Notes: generated from the letters alone by a model not told the origin. 64,000 bases of DNA from Octopus sinensis (GCF_006345805.1 NC_043007.1:50282001-50346000), one strand, 5' to 3'; numbered from the stretch's first letter, positions 22,946-36,835 are shown. Numbers and translations are program-made.

Positions 22946-24572
22946 ATAAATTTGTTTGAAATATTAAGGTTTAATTTTTTCATGTTTGTTGCACACACGC
23001 GTCTTTGCTAGTATATACGCAGTGAAGCTATACAATAGCGTCGTATTTATTACGATTGCTATTTTCCAGTAAATATCGGTGCCTCGTTCTACCATTTATT
23101 TACTTTTATATGTATAATTTTACCCTTACGGGAAAGTAATACATTCGTATTGCATTATTATTTTCATTGAAACTTCTTCACTATTCTCGTTCTGTTAACG
23201 TTTTGGCGTTCAGACGAGTGTACTGGCATAGATGTGGCAACATTTGAAATTTCGTCTAGGTAAATGCAGCTGATAAAGACTAGTCAAATCTACGTTGTCA
23301 AACGTATTTGAAGAGTCAGAATTCGGTCCTGCATTATCCGATTTCCATTTATCAGATATTCTTCTTAGAGGTAAGACACATTTTTTCATGTTTGTTGCAC
23401 ACACGCGTCTTTGCTAGTATATACGCAGTGAAGCTATACAATAGCGTCGTATTTATTACGATTGCTATTTTCCAGTAAATATCGGTGCCCCGTTGTACCA
23501 TTTATTTACTTTTATATATATTTATGCACTCTCACGATTAATACTGCATTGTTTTCTGAGATTTACCCATTTTTCGATTTTCGTGTCTAACCAGCGAAAG
23601 GAAAATTTGCCTAAAATAAATTTTATTTTATTTTTTATCATGTGTATATTGCGGTTGCATGTTAATCTGTTAATCTTAGCGTCTCATGTTTATCAGAGAA
23701 ATCTTTACTCTGTCAATATAAATGGTCACATTAGTTAATCTGATTTGCTAAATATATCCGAATATTTTTGTTACGGTCAGATGTGAATTGCCATAACTAA
23801 AGACAGAACGGCTTTCCTCTACACTCTAACGATTTTGTCACTTTACATATTATCGCGTGTTGTGGTAGATTAAGAGCATTTCCGCAAAATATTCTTCTTT
23901 GGATTTCATAGTTCAGGGATGTAGTTTTAGCGAGCAATGTTTCGTGACGACAATACGAGCTCGCACGTGCGGTTTTACTGAATGGTGAAATAATTGAATC
24001 AATTTTCATAAAAAGTCAGAAATGTTATATACCAACATGCATCTATAATCAATGATAATTAGTTTTCAATAGGTGGTGGGAAGCAAAAGTAAGTGGAGGA
24101 AAATGAGTAATTTCTGAGTTTTTTGTTTTTTCCTCCCCGCCTATTTAAAACCATTTCATTGCAAATATTATATCATTTCGTACTGTTGCATCATTTTCAG
24201 GAGTAAAATATGGTCGTCATAGTTATTCTTGAAGTTGAGAGATTTTGAAACATAGGTGACATATTTTTTTAATGATATTTTTCAACATTGACTCGACTGT
24301 AATTGAGGTTGCCAATAAAATATGTGGATAATTTTTGGTGTTTAACAATCAAAATTCTTTTCTCTGTTGGATTCTAAGTCAATTGTTTTCAAACACATTA
24401 ATTCTAATTTGATAATTTTCAAAATTCAAAACATAACGTCTTTAGTGGGCAAAATGAGTAACGATGGCGATCCAGCAACACACGCATATACATACACACA
24501 AGCACGCACGTACACACACACACGCATACACACATGCGCTCACACACACGCAGACACGCACGCTCACACACA
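22795..24572. repeat. ~140-bp inverted repeat pair (22795-22934 / 24438-24572)
   Basis: The unique 43-bp part matches with 1 mismatch, and the compound CA/TG microsatellite matches block for block. Confidence 0.93.
22975..23517. repeat. 137-bp direct repeat, period 406 bp
   Basis: 22975-23111 vs 23381-23517, 2 mismatches. Confidence 0.95.
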
Positions 24573-25906
24573 CATACACACACAAATACACACACATGCA
24601 CAAGCACACATTTTCCCGCCCGTGCTATTCTGATTGGTCGCTATCAAGCACTACTGGCAAACAGACCTTTAAGATAAAGTAATATTTTTTAATTGCTGCA
24701 AAATAAAATGTTCTTTTCCCCAATTCCTTCAAGTGTTATTGTTTGTCAGAGTTCAGTTCAACAGCTTTCAAATGCTTTCAACATTTCTTCAAATACACTT
24801 ATTTAGATCAGTGGCGCCCTTCTCGTAAATAAAGGTAATGCACTTTGTGCGTATGTAAATGCAATTAATTATCTTATGATTATAATGAGGAAGAAGAGAA
24901 AGGTGATGAGGATGAGGGAGAGGAAGATTCGACAGAATTATAATAGGAGGAAAGAAGAAAGGAAGATGAAACTAATGACTGATTCCATAGAAAAAGCAAT
25001 GGAGGATCCTTTACTTGGTCATATGATACGGCAGAAATGGCAGCCAAATCTACAAATTGAAACATATAGTCCAGTAGAACATTTTCTTGGCTTAATATGG
25101 CCTCAGATACAATCATACAAAATAGAAGTCGAATACAATTGTCATTCTTGTTTCTTCAAAACTGACCTGAGACTAAACAGTTACAACAAATACAAATATG
25201 AGAAAAGGGGCAACATATTGATATACTGGATGTTATTTTATTGAAATAAAGGGCACAAACAATGGGAAAAGAAGACTCACTAAGTATCAAAATAATAATT
25301 CGAAGCAGTCATGGGCTACGGCTAATGAATAATTACCCCGAATTCTTTTAGTAATGCTGCCCGCCTGATGATGAATCATGTCTCCTATAGCCTGCGTCTC
25401 GAAAACGGTTACCCATACTTGTACTAAAGACTAAAACTAAGTATTTTCAGTTCATTTAAACACAAAAACAGAGTAACCTACACACACACACACGCCACAA
25501 ACACACACACACACACACGCCATAAACACACACATACACACACACAAATATAAAAGATGATAGGTTGACGGACACAGAGGTGGTAACTATTGATGGGGTT
25601 GTCAGTGTGATCTAGAGTACTATGGACGGTATACAAAGTGTAACAGCGACTCTAGCGAGGAACATGTTAAGGTATTTTAACAGAAAAGTATCTATGAAAC
25701 AATCTCGATTGTTTTACACTGTAAATGCTATGCAGACGTGACTTCAGTTGATTGAACAATCACCTCGTTTATCGAAATTATCGAAGTATATGTGTATGTC
25801 GTATGTATGCTTGTCCGTAGGTGTGCATATGTATCTCTTTTACTCTCCCTCTCTCTATCTATCTATCTCTATATATAATATATAATAAATATATATAATA
25901 TAATAT

Positions 25907-25980
<74 letters not shown>

Positions 25981-26005
25981 TGTGTGTATATTATATATAT
26001 ATACG

Positions 26006-26215
26006 TAAGGCAGCGAGCTAGTAGAATCGTTGCCGCGCTGCTCATAATGCTTAGCAACATTTTGCTCGTCTTTACGTTCTCAGTTCAAATTCTGCCGGGA
26101 TCGACTTTTGCCTTTCATCCTTTCATAGTCAATAAAATAGGTACCAGTTGAGTATTGCGGTCGATGTAATCGACTTATCGCTGGCTCTGAGCCAAAACTT
26201 GAAGCCAATATGCAG
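26006..26215 (+). mobile_element. SINE S2 copy
   Basis: Head plus tcgacttttgcctttcatcctttc...aataaaataggtaccag domain. Confidence 0.8.
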
Positions 26216-26235
26216 ATATACATATACATGCATAC

Positions 26236-26289
<54 letters not shown>

Positions 26290-26301
26290 GCATACATATA
26301 C

Positions 26302-26363
<62 letters not shown>

Positions 26364-26364
<1 letters not shown>

Positions 26365-28440
26365 CGGGAAGCTTTATGAAAATAGACAAAAGACGAAGGC
26401 AGATGGAAAACAAACGAACATTGTATTAGTATGGCGCTCAGGAAATATAAATAAAACAAGTCTTTAACGTTTCGAGCCTACGCTCTTCAACAGAAAGATA
26501 CACAGAGAGAAAAAAAACACAGAAAGAAGGAGAGAAAAAAAATGCGTGCAGTAGCTAACGAATCAACATGGCGATCTGATTTCGGCCAGAGGTCAAAGAT
26601 CAAACATGAGACGCGAGAGCGAAATAAGGGGAGATAATAGGGTTGATAATATGGTTGAAGGACCAGCTAATAGTGCGTAGGAGGGGTCTGGACGTGTGTA
26701 TGTATAGGGTTGGTGTATGTATTAGTATGTATAAGGGTGTGTGTGTGTGTGTGTGTGTATGAGAGAGTATTAGTGCGTAGGATTGGTGTGGACGTGCGTA
26801 TGTATGGGGTTGGTGTATGTATTAGTATGTATTAGTATGTATTAGTACGTATTAGTATGTATAAGTGTGTGTGTGTGTGTATGAGAGAGTATAAGTGCGT
26901 ATGAGGGGTCTGGACGTGTGTATGTATAGGGTTGGTGTATGTATTAGTATGTAATAGTATGTATTAGTACGTATTAGTATGTATTAGTTGGTGTATGTAT
27001 TAGTATGGCACATCATATATGATGTGATGTGTGAAGTCGTGTGGTGTAGTGAGGAGAAGAGGGGTGAGGAGGGGGAGGAGGAGAGGGGGAAGAAGAGAGG
27101 ATGGGGGAGAGAGAGGAGGGGGAGAAGGAAGGAGGAGGGAGAAGAAGGGGAGGAGGGGGAAGGAGGAAAGAGGGAGAGGGGGAGGGAGGGAGCAGAGGGA
27201 AGGGGAAGAGGGAAGGAGGGAGGGAGAAAGAGGGAAGAAGGGAAGGGGAGTAGGGGTGAAAGGATGAAGGACTGAAGAAGTAGGGGTCGGGAGGAAAGGA
27301 TAGTGAGGAGGGGGGAGAGGGGGGTTAGATGAGGAGGGGGGAGAGTTGAGACCAAATGGCGTATAAGAGCGAAGAGAGAAGATTAATTCCTGTTCACGGC
27401 GCAACGGGAATCCGGATGGCCTCTGTGTAAGGACAAACCGAACACAGATAGGTGTTGCAAGGAGTGACCGGTGGAGCGGAAATGGCGTGAGACCGGTGTG
27501 TCGTTCGCAAGGTGGATGTCACGAAGGTGTTCCGCGAACCGGTCAGCCAAGCGGCGTCCCGTTTGTCCGATGTACAAGGAATTGCAGAGAGAGCAAGAGA
27601 TACAATAGATAATATTGCTGGAGGTGCAGGTGAAGGAGTGGATGATGGGATAGGGTCGATGGTGGGTGCTAGTGAGGCGGGTGGTGTTGGAGAGGTAAGG
27701 GCAAGTGCGGCAACGTGGGCGGGAGCAGGGGAACGAGCCGGGTTGGGAGGTAGGGTCAGGGAAGGAGCTATGGACCAAAAGGTCTCGAAGGTTGTGGGCT
27801 CGTTTGAAAGAGGGGAGGGGTCGGTTAGGAAGAGGTGTGAAGTGGACGGGTCGGACTGGAGATGACGGAAAGCTCGAAGAATGGTGCGTTGGAGACGTAG
27901 GGTCGTGGGGTGGTAAGTGAGGGGAAAAGGGAGGCGGGAGACTACAGGGCGGGTTCGGGGAGAGAGAGCAGATACACGGTCCACGGACCGTGCTCTGGCA
28001 AGGGCGGTGTGGATAGTGGTGAGGGGGTATCCACGTAGGGTGAAGTGGTGAGCCATACGTTGAGACTGAGTCTCAAAGTCATGGTCGTCACTACAGAGCC
28101 TACGTAGACGGAGGAATTGGGAATAGGGGATGGAAAGCTTGGTGTGTTCTGGGTGGGAGGAAGAGAAGTTGAGGTATGAGTGTGAGTCTATGTGTTTGTA
28201 GTGAATGGAGGTGGTAAGAGTGGAGTGAAGAATGCTAACCGAAATGTCGAGGAAGGAGACAGAGGTGTTGGAGATAGTGCAAGTGAAGTGGAGGGCTGGA
28301 TGGAAAGATTGGACGAAAGAGAGGAAGGAATCTAGATGTTCGCGGGAGAGTGAGGTGGCACCGATAATGTCGTCGATGTAACGACCATATAGTTCGGGAG
28401 TGGGACCAGTGAAATTAGAGAATATTTGGGCCTCAACATA
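26364..28440 (-). mobile_element. 5'-truncated PLE family C (Neptune-like): RT C-terminus, thumb, GIY-YIG, 3' UTR, HHR
   Basis: An open frame from 28440 reads YVEAQIF..YGRYIDDII..HPALHFT..FLDISV..HSYLNFSSSHP..SIPYSQFLRLRRLCS..GYP. Frameshifted PGSFPCSRPRCRTC, FTCTSSNIIYCISC..YIGQTGRRLADRFAEH and EQELIF..PFGLN follow. The 3' UTR carries ~100-bp tandem units and a polypyrimidine tract. Confidence 0.95.
26461..26498 (-). ncRNA. Hammerhead-like motif with CUGUUGA core (PLE family C)
   Basis: ucuuu CUGUUGA a gagc guag gcuc GAAA CG UU aaaga. Confidence 0.65.
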
Positions 28441-28846
28441 CTAGCATTAAAGGCCCGTCGTTGCCGGGTCATAGTGCTAGTATATGTATATATGTGTATA
28501 TATATGTGTACATATTACATGTACATCTATATATATACATCTACACATAAAATGCAAAATACAAAGTTATATCTTGATATCGCTAGTGATAACAATACTC
28601 AAAATATATAACAGACTGGAATTGTTAGCTCTTCTTTTTTCTCTACATTGTATACTTTATAGACACGTAATATTGAAATAGTGGAGAAGATATGATATTG
28701 CTATGGGCTCGCTCTAGGCAAGAAGTTGAACATTTTTTTTACCGATGACACTCCCCGGATCCTAAGTAAGGCATGTGTAAAATTTCTCAAGTTTTAGTGA
28801 AACACAGACAAACAGGCAGACATTATTAGTTTTATATATATAAAGA
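28441..28846 (-). mobile_element. Non-autonomous Helitron, 406 bp
   Basis: The minus strand begins A|TCTTTATATATATAAAA..GTCTGCCTGTTTGTCTG and ends with hairpin cccg-gcaacga-cggg, then CTAG|T. No TSD, inserted between A and T. Confidence 0.8.
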
Positions 28847-28959
28847 TATACGCGCACACGCACACGTACAACACACACACACACGCACACACATGCCACG
28901 CATATGCGCACACATGCTACGCATATGCACACACATCCCACGCATATGCACACACATAT

Positions 28960-29345
28960 AGGCATGGGCTTAGCTGTGTGTAAGAAGTAACACATTGAGC
29001 GAATTCTTGTTCAATAGACTCGTGCCGACTAAGCATCCTGCAGGCATTTGGTCAATGGAAACCGAAACTAGCTCGCCGTATGGGTAAATGTGTGTGTGTG
29101 TGCGCACGCGCGCGCGGGCGTGTGTGTTGTGTGTGCCTGTTTGTGTGTCTGTATTTGTTATCAATCACCGCTTGACAATCGGTGTTGGTCTTTTTACATT
29201 CCCTAACTTTGCAGTTCTGGAAAAGACACCGTTAGAATAAGTACAAGACTTTAAAAAATAAGTTCACATGGTGATTTGTTTTACTAAGATTTGCAAGGCG
29301 GTGCCCCAGGTGGCTGCAGTCTAATGACTGAAACAAGTAAAAGAG
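28960..29345 (+). mobile_element. SINE S1 copy (diverged head)
   Basis: Head remnant, TG microsatellite and S1 tail. Confidence 0.7.
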
Positions 29346-30048
29346 TGTGTGTATATATATAAATATATACATATATGTGTGTGTTTGTATGTGTGGATGG
29401 GGTGTCTTAATTGCTAGCAGGGACACATATTTCGTTTTGCAATCATATTATACTACAAAGTATATCAAAATTTTATAAGTCTTTTAAGTCTTGCTTTTGT
29501 GTTAGCAATACTATGTTCTTATTCTTAAGTTTACATCTGTAGATTCTTGAAGAACGACTAGCACTGTAGAGCTCCATGTAGACTACCAGTTTCCAGTCAG
29601 CTTCCAGTAAATAGTTAATAGTTATGATACATAGAACATACGTAACGTAAAGTAAGATAAACGCCAGTACAAATGATTGGTTTCTAGCTACTTTTCACCA
29701 CTGCAAGTTTGAGACGTACTGAGAAACTAAGTACTTATACTAGTGTTTATTTAAAACTCCCCTACATATATACTGTTTATCAGATGTTTTTTTTATTTTT
29801 TGAGTGAGCCCAAAAATGTCCGGAACATTTATACGAGTGATTGGATAAACGAAAGAACCAGGGCTCGACACAGTTAGTTACATTTATTATTATTTAAAAC
29901 AGTTAACTGAGCCCGATTAGCTAGGTTTCTGTAATAAGAGCACGAAACCTTAAGTCGGATAAAGCCATATCAAACTGTTTTAAATTATAATACATACAAC
30001 ACTCCTACAAAATGTGTGGAATGTCTCTTTCTTTCGTTTGTCCACTCA

Positions 30049-30113
<65 letters not shown>

Positions 30114-30126
30114 GAGAGAGACGGAC

Positions 30127-30177
<51 letters not shown>

Positions 30178-30585
30178 GAAAGGGAGAGTGTGTGTGTCAT
30201 GCAGATAAACAAGGTTAAGCTTGATACATACATACATGCATACCTATACGCATGTGCAAATATATTTATTTACAAATAAATATACAGAAAACTGAGGGGA
30301 GAAGTTATTTAACTCGACAGCTGTTTCTGGGAGCTCAGAGTTACACAATAGTTGTAATGCTCATAACTAGCTGATGAAGCGTGCAAATATATCTACATTT
30401 GTTGATGCGTGTATATTTATATATATAACAAGCCTAATTGTGTTTATCTGTAATCACTATCTCCACATCGGTTCATCTGGATCTTTATTCTAGCCACTCT
30501 TTACCCAGCGGACTTAGTCTTCAATAATGACTTCGGAGTGTAAGTTCAAATCATTTGAGCATCTCTAGATCTCACCTGTCTACTG

Positions 30586-30659
<74 letters not shown>

Positions 30660-31886
30660 GTGTGTGTGTATATACGCGCGCGCACGATCATAGCACGAAT
30701 ATGGTATAAAAATATGTGCATACACGCAAATGGGTGCGTGTGTGTGTTTGTGTGTATACATATACACAAAAACATTTATGTTTTATGTTGGTTATGGCCC
30801 AATGCTCTGCCAAAAGCAAACATGGCTGAACTGCGAAATTGATCCATGAAAAACCTACGTCACAATAAGCATTTCCGTTTGTGTTACGTGTGACTGGCCG
30901 CTACGTTAATCAGACATCCGATCAGCTGCGACCAACTGAAAACAAAGTAGAGAATTTAGAGAGGTAAAGATTTTGGAGTTAGATTGAGTTTCTGCGCTGC
31001 AGGTAAGCGACCCGTAACATATATTGAGAAGGTATGAGATTACGTGATATGTATGTTTATCTGACATACTGGTGAGGGCACAGCGGGGAGGAGAGTGGTG
31101 AAGGAGATGTTGACACAGATAATGAAACAAACAAGAAGTTTCTTTCACTTCTCCCTCCCTTTAGCCAACTATTAGACTAACAAATACGCGTGTGTGTGTG
31201 AGTGTGTGTGTAATGTGTGTATATGCATATCTATAACTATATGTAAGTGTGTGTCCATGTGTATATGAACGCACTCCAACGTACACAATCCTATACATCC
31301 GCATATATAAAAGCACAGTCCCGTACTCGCAAATACACACATATTCAAGCGCGCTCACTCACACAGACGTGCAACTCTGTATAAACACATAGAGATATAG
31401 TCAGGTATGCTTGAATGAGCATATAGCTTTATAGATATCACAACACACAAGATATGCAGGGGTATGTGCGTATATTTGTGTGCATGTGTGTGTATGTGTG
31501 TGCATGTGTCTGGCAGACAGATTTGGGCATTACTAGAGCAAACAAAAACGAGGGACAGGCATTTACTTATATACGAGTTATATCACAATTCGCATCTTAG
31601 ATAGGTAGATAGGCAGGTAGATTGGTTCGTAGTTAGATAAATATCGAGACATCATGCTTTATATTTTACTTGAAACATGAATTTTTTACTTTATATTTTA
31701 ATTTTGCTCGTTATTATATTCTTTTATTCATTTATTCTTATACTTCTTTAGGCATTAGACCGCGGCTGAGTTATGGGAACGTAGACATACTAACAATGTA
31801 TGTCAAGAGCTGATGGGGGTCAAACATAGACACAAAGACACCCACATAGATATATATGTTTATACACACACACATGTATATATATA

Positions 31887-31977
<91 letters not shown>

Positions 31978-32532
31978 GTGTGTCTGTATATATATAAACA
32001 TTATATATATATACATGTGTGTGTGTGTATGTGTATGTGTGTAGAATGTAAAGAAAGTCTGGAGGTATGGGATGAATATATTTATTTTACGGTCGTTTCA
32101 CAGTCAAAGTCATTGCAAAAATAATATATTTTAGTGTATAATAAATTATTTTATATGTCTGCACTAGTGTTTATGCTACAGATTGCATACATATAATTAA
32201 ATGTATGCAAACATGTTAAATAATTTATTATATACTAAAATAAGATATCTTTGCGTGTTGTGGGCTGCTAAACGGCCGATATCTTGTGGATATCAACTGG
32301 TGAAAGAAATATATTCATCTCATACCTCCTGACGTTCTTTATATTTTATATAGTCCTAATGAAATAATCATTACTGATTGAATTTACTGAATTTAAACTA
32401 CGTAGGACTCTACATTGCACTCGTACGTATTGGTTTACTCTGTAGTTTGTAGCTTGGTTCCCTAAAATAACTTTTATGTGATTACCATTGGATTATTTAA
32501 ATCCCTATATATATATGTATGTATATATTATG

Positions 32533-32620
<88 letters not shown>

Positions 32621-32624
32621 ACGA

Positions 32625-33710
32625 CGTGATTCTTTCGAGATTCTTTTAGTTTCCGTCTACCAAATCCACTCACAAAGGTTGGGTTAGACCGAGGCTATAG
32701 CATAAGACATTTTCTCAACCCGGAACCTTATGGTTGGGAAGCAAACTTCTTGCCACACAACCACGAGTACGTCTAACTGAAGTTTTATGAAATACTGTTA
32801 CAATTAGCAAGTTCTGAAAGCTTGAAGTTAAAGAATTATCATAATCAATCATACCTGCTTTCAGTTCTAAATTATTGTCAATAGGATATAACCAGTTACT
32901 GTCTTTGAATAATTAAAACTATATTGATATAGTGTTCAAGAGAATGTGATTTACTAACTTTTAAAAATCTGTGCTGAATTAACTGGAATGGGTGGCGGAA
33001 TCGTTAGCACACCGGGAAAAAGGCTTAGCGGCATTTCGTTCGTCATTACGTTCTGAGTTCAAATTCTGCCTTTTATCCTACCAATAAAAATGAGCACTAG
33101 TGTTGATGAAACCAACTTTCGTCCCCCCAAATTGCTGGCATTGTGCCAAAATGTGAAACTAATATAAGAATATCTACCCTTCTATTAATCCGTAGACTTT
33201 CCTTAAGTAACATAAAATTAATTATTCATTTAGTATTTGCCGAAGAGATTTAATAAAATTTGAATTATTGAAAAATATATCTAAAAAAATTAATTAAAAT
33301 AATGAAGTAAGTAATATTATTTAGAGTAAAATAAATTTATAGGCGTTGGCATGGCTGTGTGGTTAAGAAGCTCACCTCGAAACCATGTAGTTTTAGGATC
33401 AATCCTACTACGCTGCACATTGGTCAAATGTCATCTATTATAACCCCGGCCAACCATTGACTTGTGAGTGAATTTGATAGACAGAAACTACTTAAGAGTC
33501 AGTCGCATGTATAGATATATGTGCGTCTTTGAGTTTCCCTACCCATTGCTCTACAACCGATGTTTGTGCGTTACCGTCCTAGTAACTTACGGTTTGGCAA
33601 AAGAGAATACGTACCAAACGCCAAACAAGTACTGGGTTCAATTTGTTCGACTAACCCACGAGACATTGCTCCATTATGGCCGCAGTCTAATAACCGAAAC
33701 AACTAAAAAT
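32625..33710. mobile_element. SINE cluster: S1 head (-) 32625-32765, S2 (+) 32990-33165, S1 (+) 33343-33710
   Basis: Each segment matches other copies of its family in the window. Confidence 0.8.
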
Positions 33711-34459
33711 GTACATAAAATACTTTTTTGTACACTTTAGTTCTTAATCTTAAAGCCATTAATACCTCAATAAAAAAAACTTACGGAGATGTACTTGCAT
33801 AGCATTTTCTTCCTATACAGCTGATTCTATTTTTACTCCTTAATGATTTTAATTAGCTAACAGAAATTTATAATCTTCTATTTGAACATGCTGAAGTAAA
33901 GCTACTTAAATCCCATTACTTAAGAAAGTTTTCCCGGTTAATGGTTGTTCAGTTTTATGGTAAGAGTCAACAGTACAATTCAAAAGAAATATTAATCTGT
34001 AGATGTTTTTTTTTTTAAGTATATATTTGGTCTTCCATAAATTATTCCAGGACAGCAAGTATTCCAGCACCACCGCCACTGCCACTTTTATTTCTCTTAA
34101 GATCAATCAACTAGAAAGGAATCTTATGATTGATTACGAGAATATTTTGACATTAGATCAATAGAAACCGCTAATTACTTTTAGTAATTAATTAAATTAC
34201 AACCATAATTATGTAACCTTTTTTTAATTTAAAATGAAAAAGCAAGATTAATCCTTTAGTAATTAACCCCAGTGCATTTTAGAAAGATAAAACCCACCAT
34301 GTTTGGGAATAAAACTAGCTTACCACTTGTTAATTTCCTGCTGTATAATAAACAGCTCATAGATAATCAGAGATCAAATTTGTTCATTTAAATAAAGGAA
34401 CAATGTAATTGATCATCAATACTACATATTAGTAATATTACATATTACTTATTCAATTC

Positions 34460-35350
34460 ATAATAATAACAGCCATTAGCACCAAAAATCAAAACTAACA
34501 TCCGACGTGTCGATCGGAACTCCTTAGGAGTTTTACAATTCTAAAATTGCTGGACTAACATACCTCAAAGCATACCTGGAAGACAAAAATCTAGTATACC
34601 AAAAATAGATTATGCATAATTTTTCGAAGACTTGAAGATGTCACTAATATTCAAAAAAGAGCAGCCTTTCTTGGACTCGTGGCTGCTTCAACCCTCCATT
34701 ACTCCGAAGGCTATATATTAGCAATACAACCGCAAGAGATTGCTGCAAACTACCTAACAAACAAAAGAGACAGTAAAGACCTAGGAGACTTAAGATTCAA
34801 AAGAAAATGTCAATTATGTAGAAAACAACAGCAGTTGCTCAAAAATGTTTGTAAGGTACTGCCTCCCAATGCAGCCTGATGTTGTCGCTAAAACAATATA
34901 CATTGCCGACCAGGAAAAACAGAGATTGTCATTGAATAAACACAGAAAGTCATCCTCTTAGTGAATGCATACATGAACACCAACTCAAAGAATACTGATG
35001 GTACTTTCTTGCCAAAACTTCTCCAAGTGCAAACATAATAAGCGGATATCATTGTTTGGGACAGAGAAGAAAACTATGTATCGTCAAAGAAGTGAATATC
35101 TTTTCGAAAATCAAAGAGACTGCGGACAACTGCTTCGAAACAATCAGCTTCAATATCCAGATTAGAAATTCATATTTATACTATTAGTGCGCTTGATTTT
35201 GATAGAAAATGCTTAAGTAACGATCTGGAAAAGTAATGAATTTAGAAACAGAAATCAACCAATTAACACTCACATTACAAATACAATCTGTAAGTGGAGT
35301 AGGAAAAATATTAAAACTTTTCTCAAGTTCAAAATGTGAAACTTTTGTTA
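34460..35350 (+). mobile_element. Highly degenerate R4-clade LINE 3' fragment (distinct subfamily)
   Basis: TLHYSEGYILAIQPQEIAANYL.NKRD...KCQLCRK (zinc-knuckle region), then DIIVWDRE- and LQIQSVSG-like remnants. Confidence 0.7.
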
Positions 35351-35770
35351 TCTACATACCAAGGGTGGAGCTATGTATCTTTGTTAGAAATAAACCTCTT
35401 CCTTATAGGAAGATTTCAAATAATTAAAAATAGTTGAGATAATACATGCATACTATACATACAGACACAGACACACGCACATTCACACATCTACTTACAC
35501 TCATACTTACGCACATACATAAAATATATGCAGCGAAATCGCGTCTACGACAAGGTAGTAAGTGATGCAACAAAAATTTTGGCACCAAATAATCGATAAT
35601 TAAGCGAAGTTAACAGCCTTTTTGCGTTGTTTGAATGCCCAATACCTGTCTTCCACAATATAATTGCTTTAGTTTCAAAGCATGGTCTCAGTTCAAATCA
35701 TTTGTTTGGTAAGTGCGCCTCTGAAACAGATATATTTAGTATTTGATTTAGTATTTCTATTAGTATTTAT

Positions 35771-35821
<51 letters not shown>

Positions 35822-35824
<3 letters not shown>

Positions 35825-36200
35825 ATCATTACAGATATAGGGTAAAGAATTATTAATTTAATAATTAATAAATTTTACCTAGTAGTTTCGGTATGGAAAA
35901 AAAAAACATTATCGGTAAAAACGTGTACAAAAAGTTGTTTTTTATATATTTATAAATATAATTAAGGGTTTAGCAATAAGTTGCTTCACCACATACCGAA
36001 AATTTAGAAATAGCAGCCAAAAGACAGATAATTCTTTTAACTACAAATATGACTCCACAGACAACAATATTTGTAACTCACATAGGCAAAAATAAGAAAA
36101 AATAACGAAATCAAACAGTCTACGATTAATTATGGACGCGTTTCTGGATTAGAATAATACAAATTCATTTCTTTCATCGGCATAATATTTCGGGAATTAT
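35822..36200 (-). mobile_element. Non-coding PLE-terminus-like segment with HHR-like motif at 36129-36186
   Basis: auuaug CCGAUGA [29 nt, poorly paired] GAAA CGCG UC cauaau with a perfect 6-bp stem I. The 3' end abuts (TA)n. Confidence 0.55.
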
Positions 36201-36356
36201 AAATTTGAAAATGCTAAAAACCCACCCTTTGCATCTTCGACCAAGCGCCAGAAAAACATAACACAAGGTAGTCAACATCTCCAAACTTATATAGACGACT
36301 AATTTCATATTTTCCCTCCAAGATTACCATGTGCGTCACAAGATAATACCGCAGCA

Positions 36357-36697
36357 CTTCTGGTCGAGTAACTCATCCCGCTCAAAAGGTCCCTGAATAA
36401 GGGTTGTTGAACGAAACACCAACGTTTCCCGAGATGAATTATTCAAGCCTCAAAGAATCCCTCTCAACACATGGCTATCATGCTCCCCCACTACTTCTGG
36501 TCGTGATCAGAGATTCACATATTGTCAGCCACTAAAGGACATGCTCAGCTGGTGATGGTCAAATAACTGACAAGCAAATATGTGGTATTGAGCGGAATAC
36601 TTGCTGCAGCCCATCTTTTATACCAAGACAAAACAATGTACATGATAACACTTCCAATCAGTTAAGATCAGAAGCCACGAGAGCCACTGCCTGGCAC
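36357..36697 (-). mobile_element. Non-coding element S4, 3'-truncated copy
   Basis: Colinear and highly similar to ~37130-37440. Abuts the (TAT)n array. Confidence 0.8.
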
Positions 36698-36760
<63 letters not shown>

Positions 36761-36774
36761 CATCATCATCATCA

Positions 36775-36835
<61 letters not shown>

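Noticed and set aside
24876-25244. piggyBac-like transposase N-terminus (acidic tract, SPVEHF)
   Set aside because: Resemblance is weak, and there are no TTAA/CCC termini or catalytic motifs.
27040-27345. G-rich purine tract as an independent G-quadruplex or triplex element
   Set aside because: It is explained as the antisense of the PLE family C 3' UTR; a similar tract precedes the gap at 10320.
35872-35920. Additional hammerhead (ttttaccGATAA...GAAACTACTAggtaaaa, minus)
   Set aside because: C3-A8 mismatch, broken stem III and no clear stem II. At most a relic.
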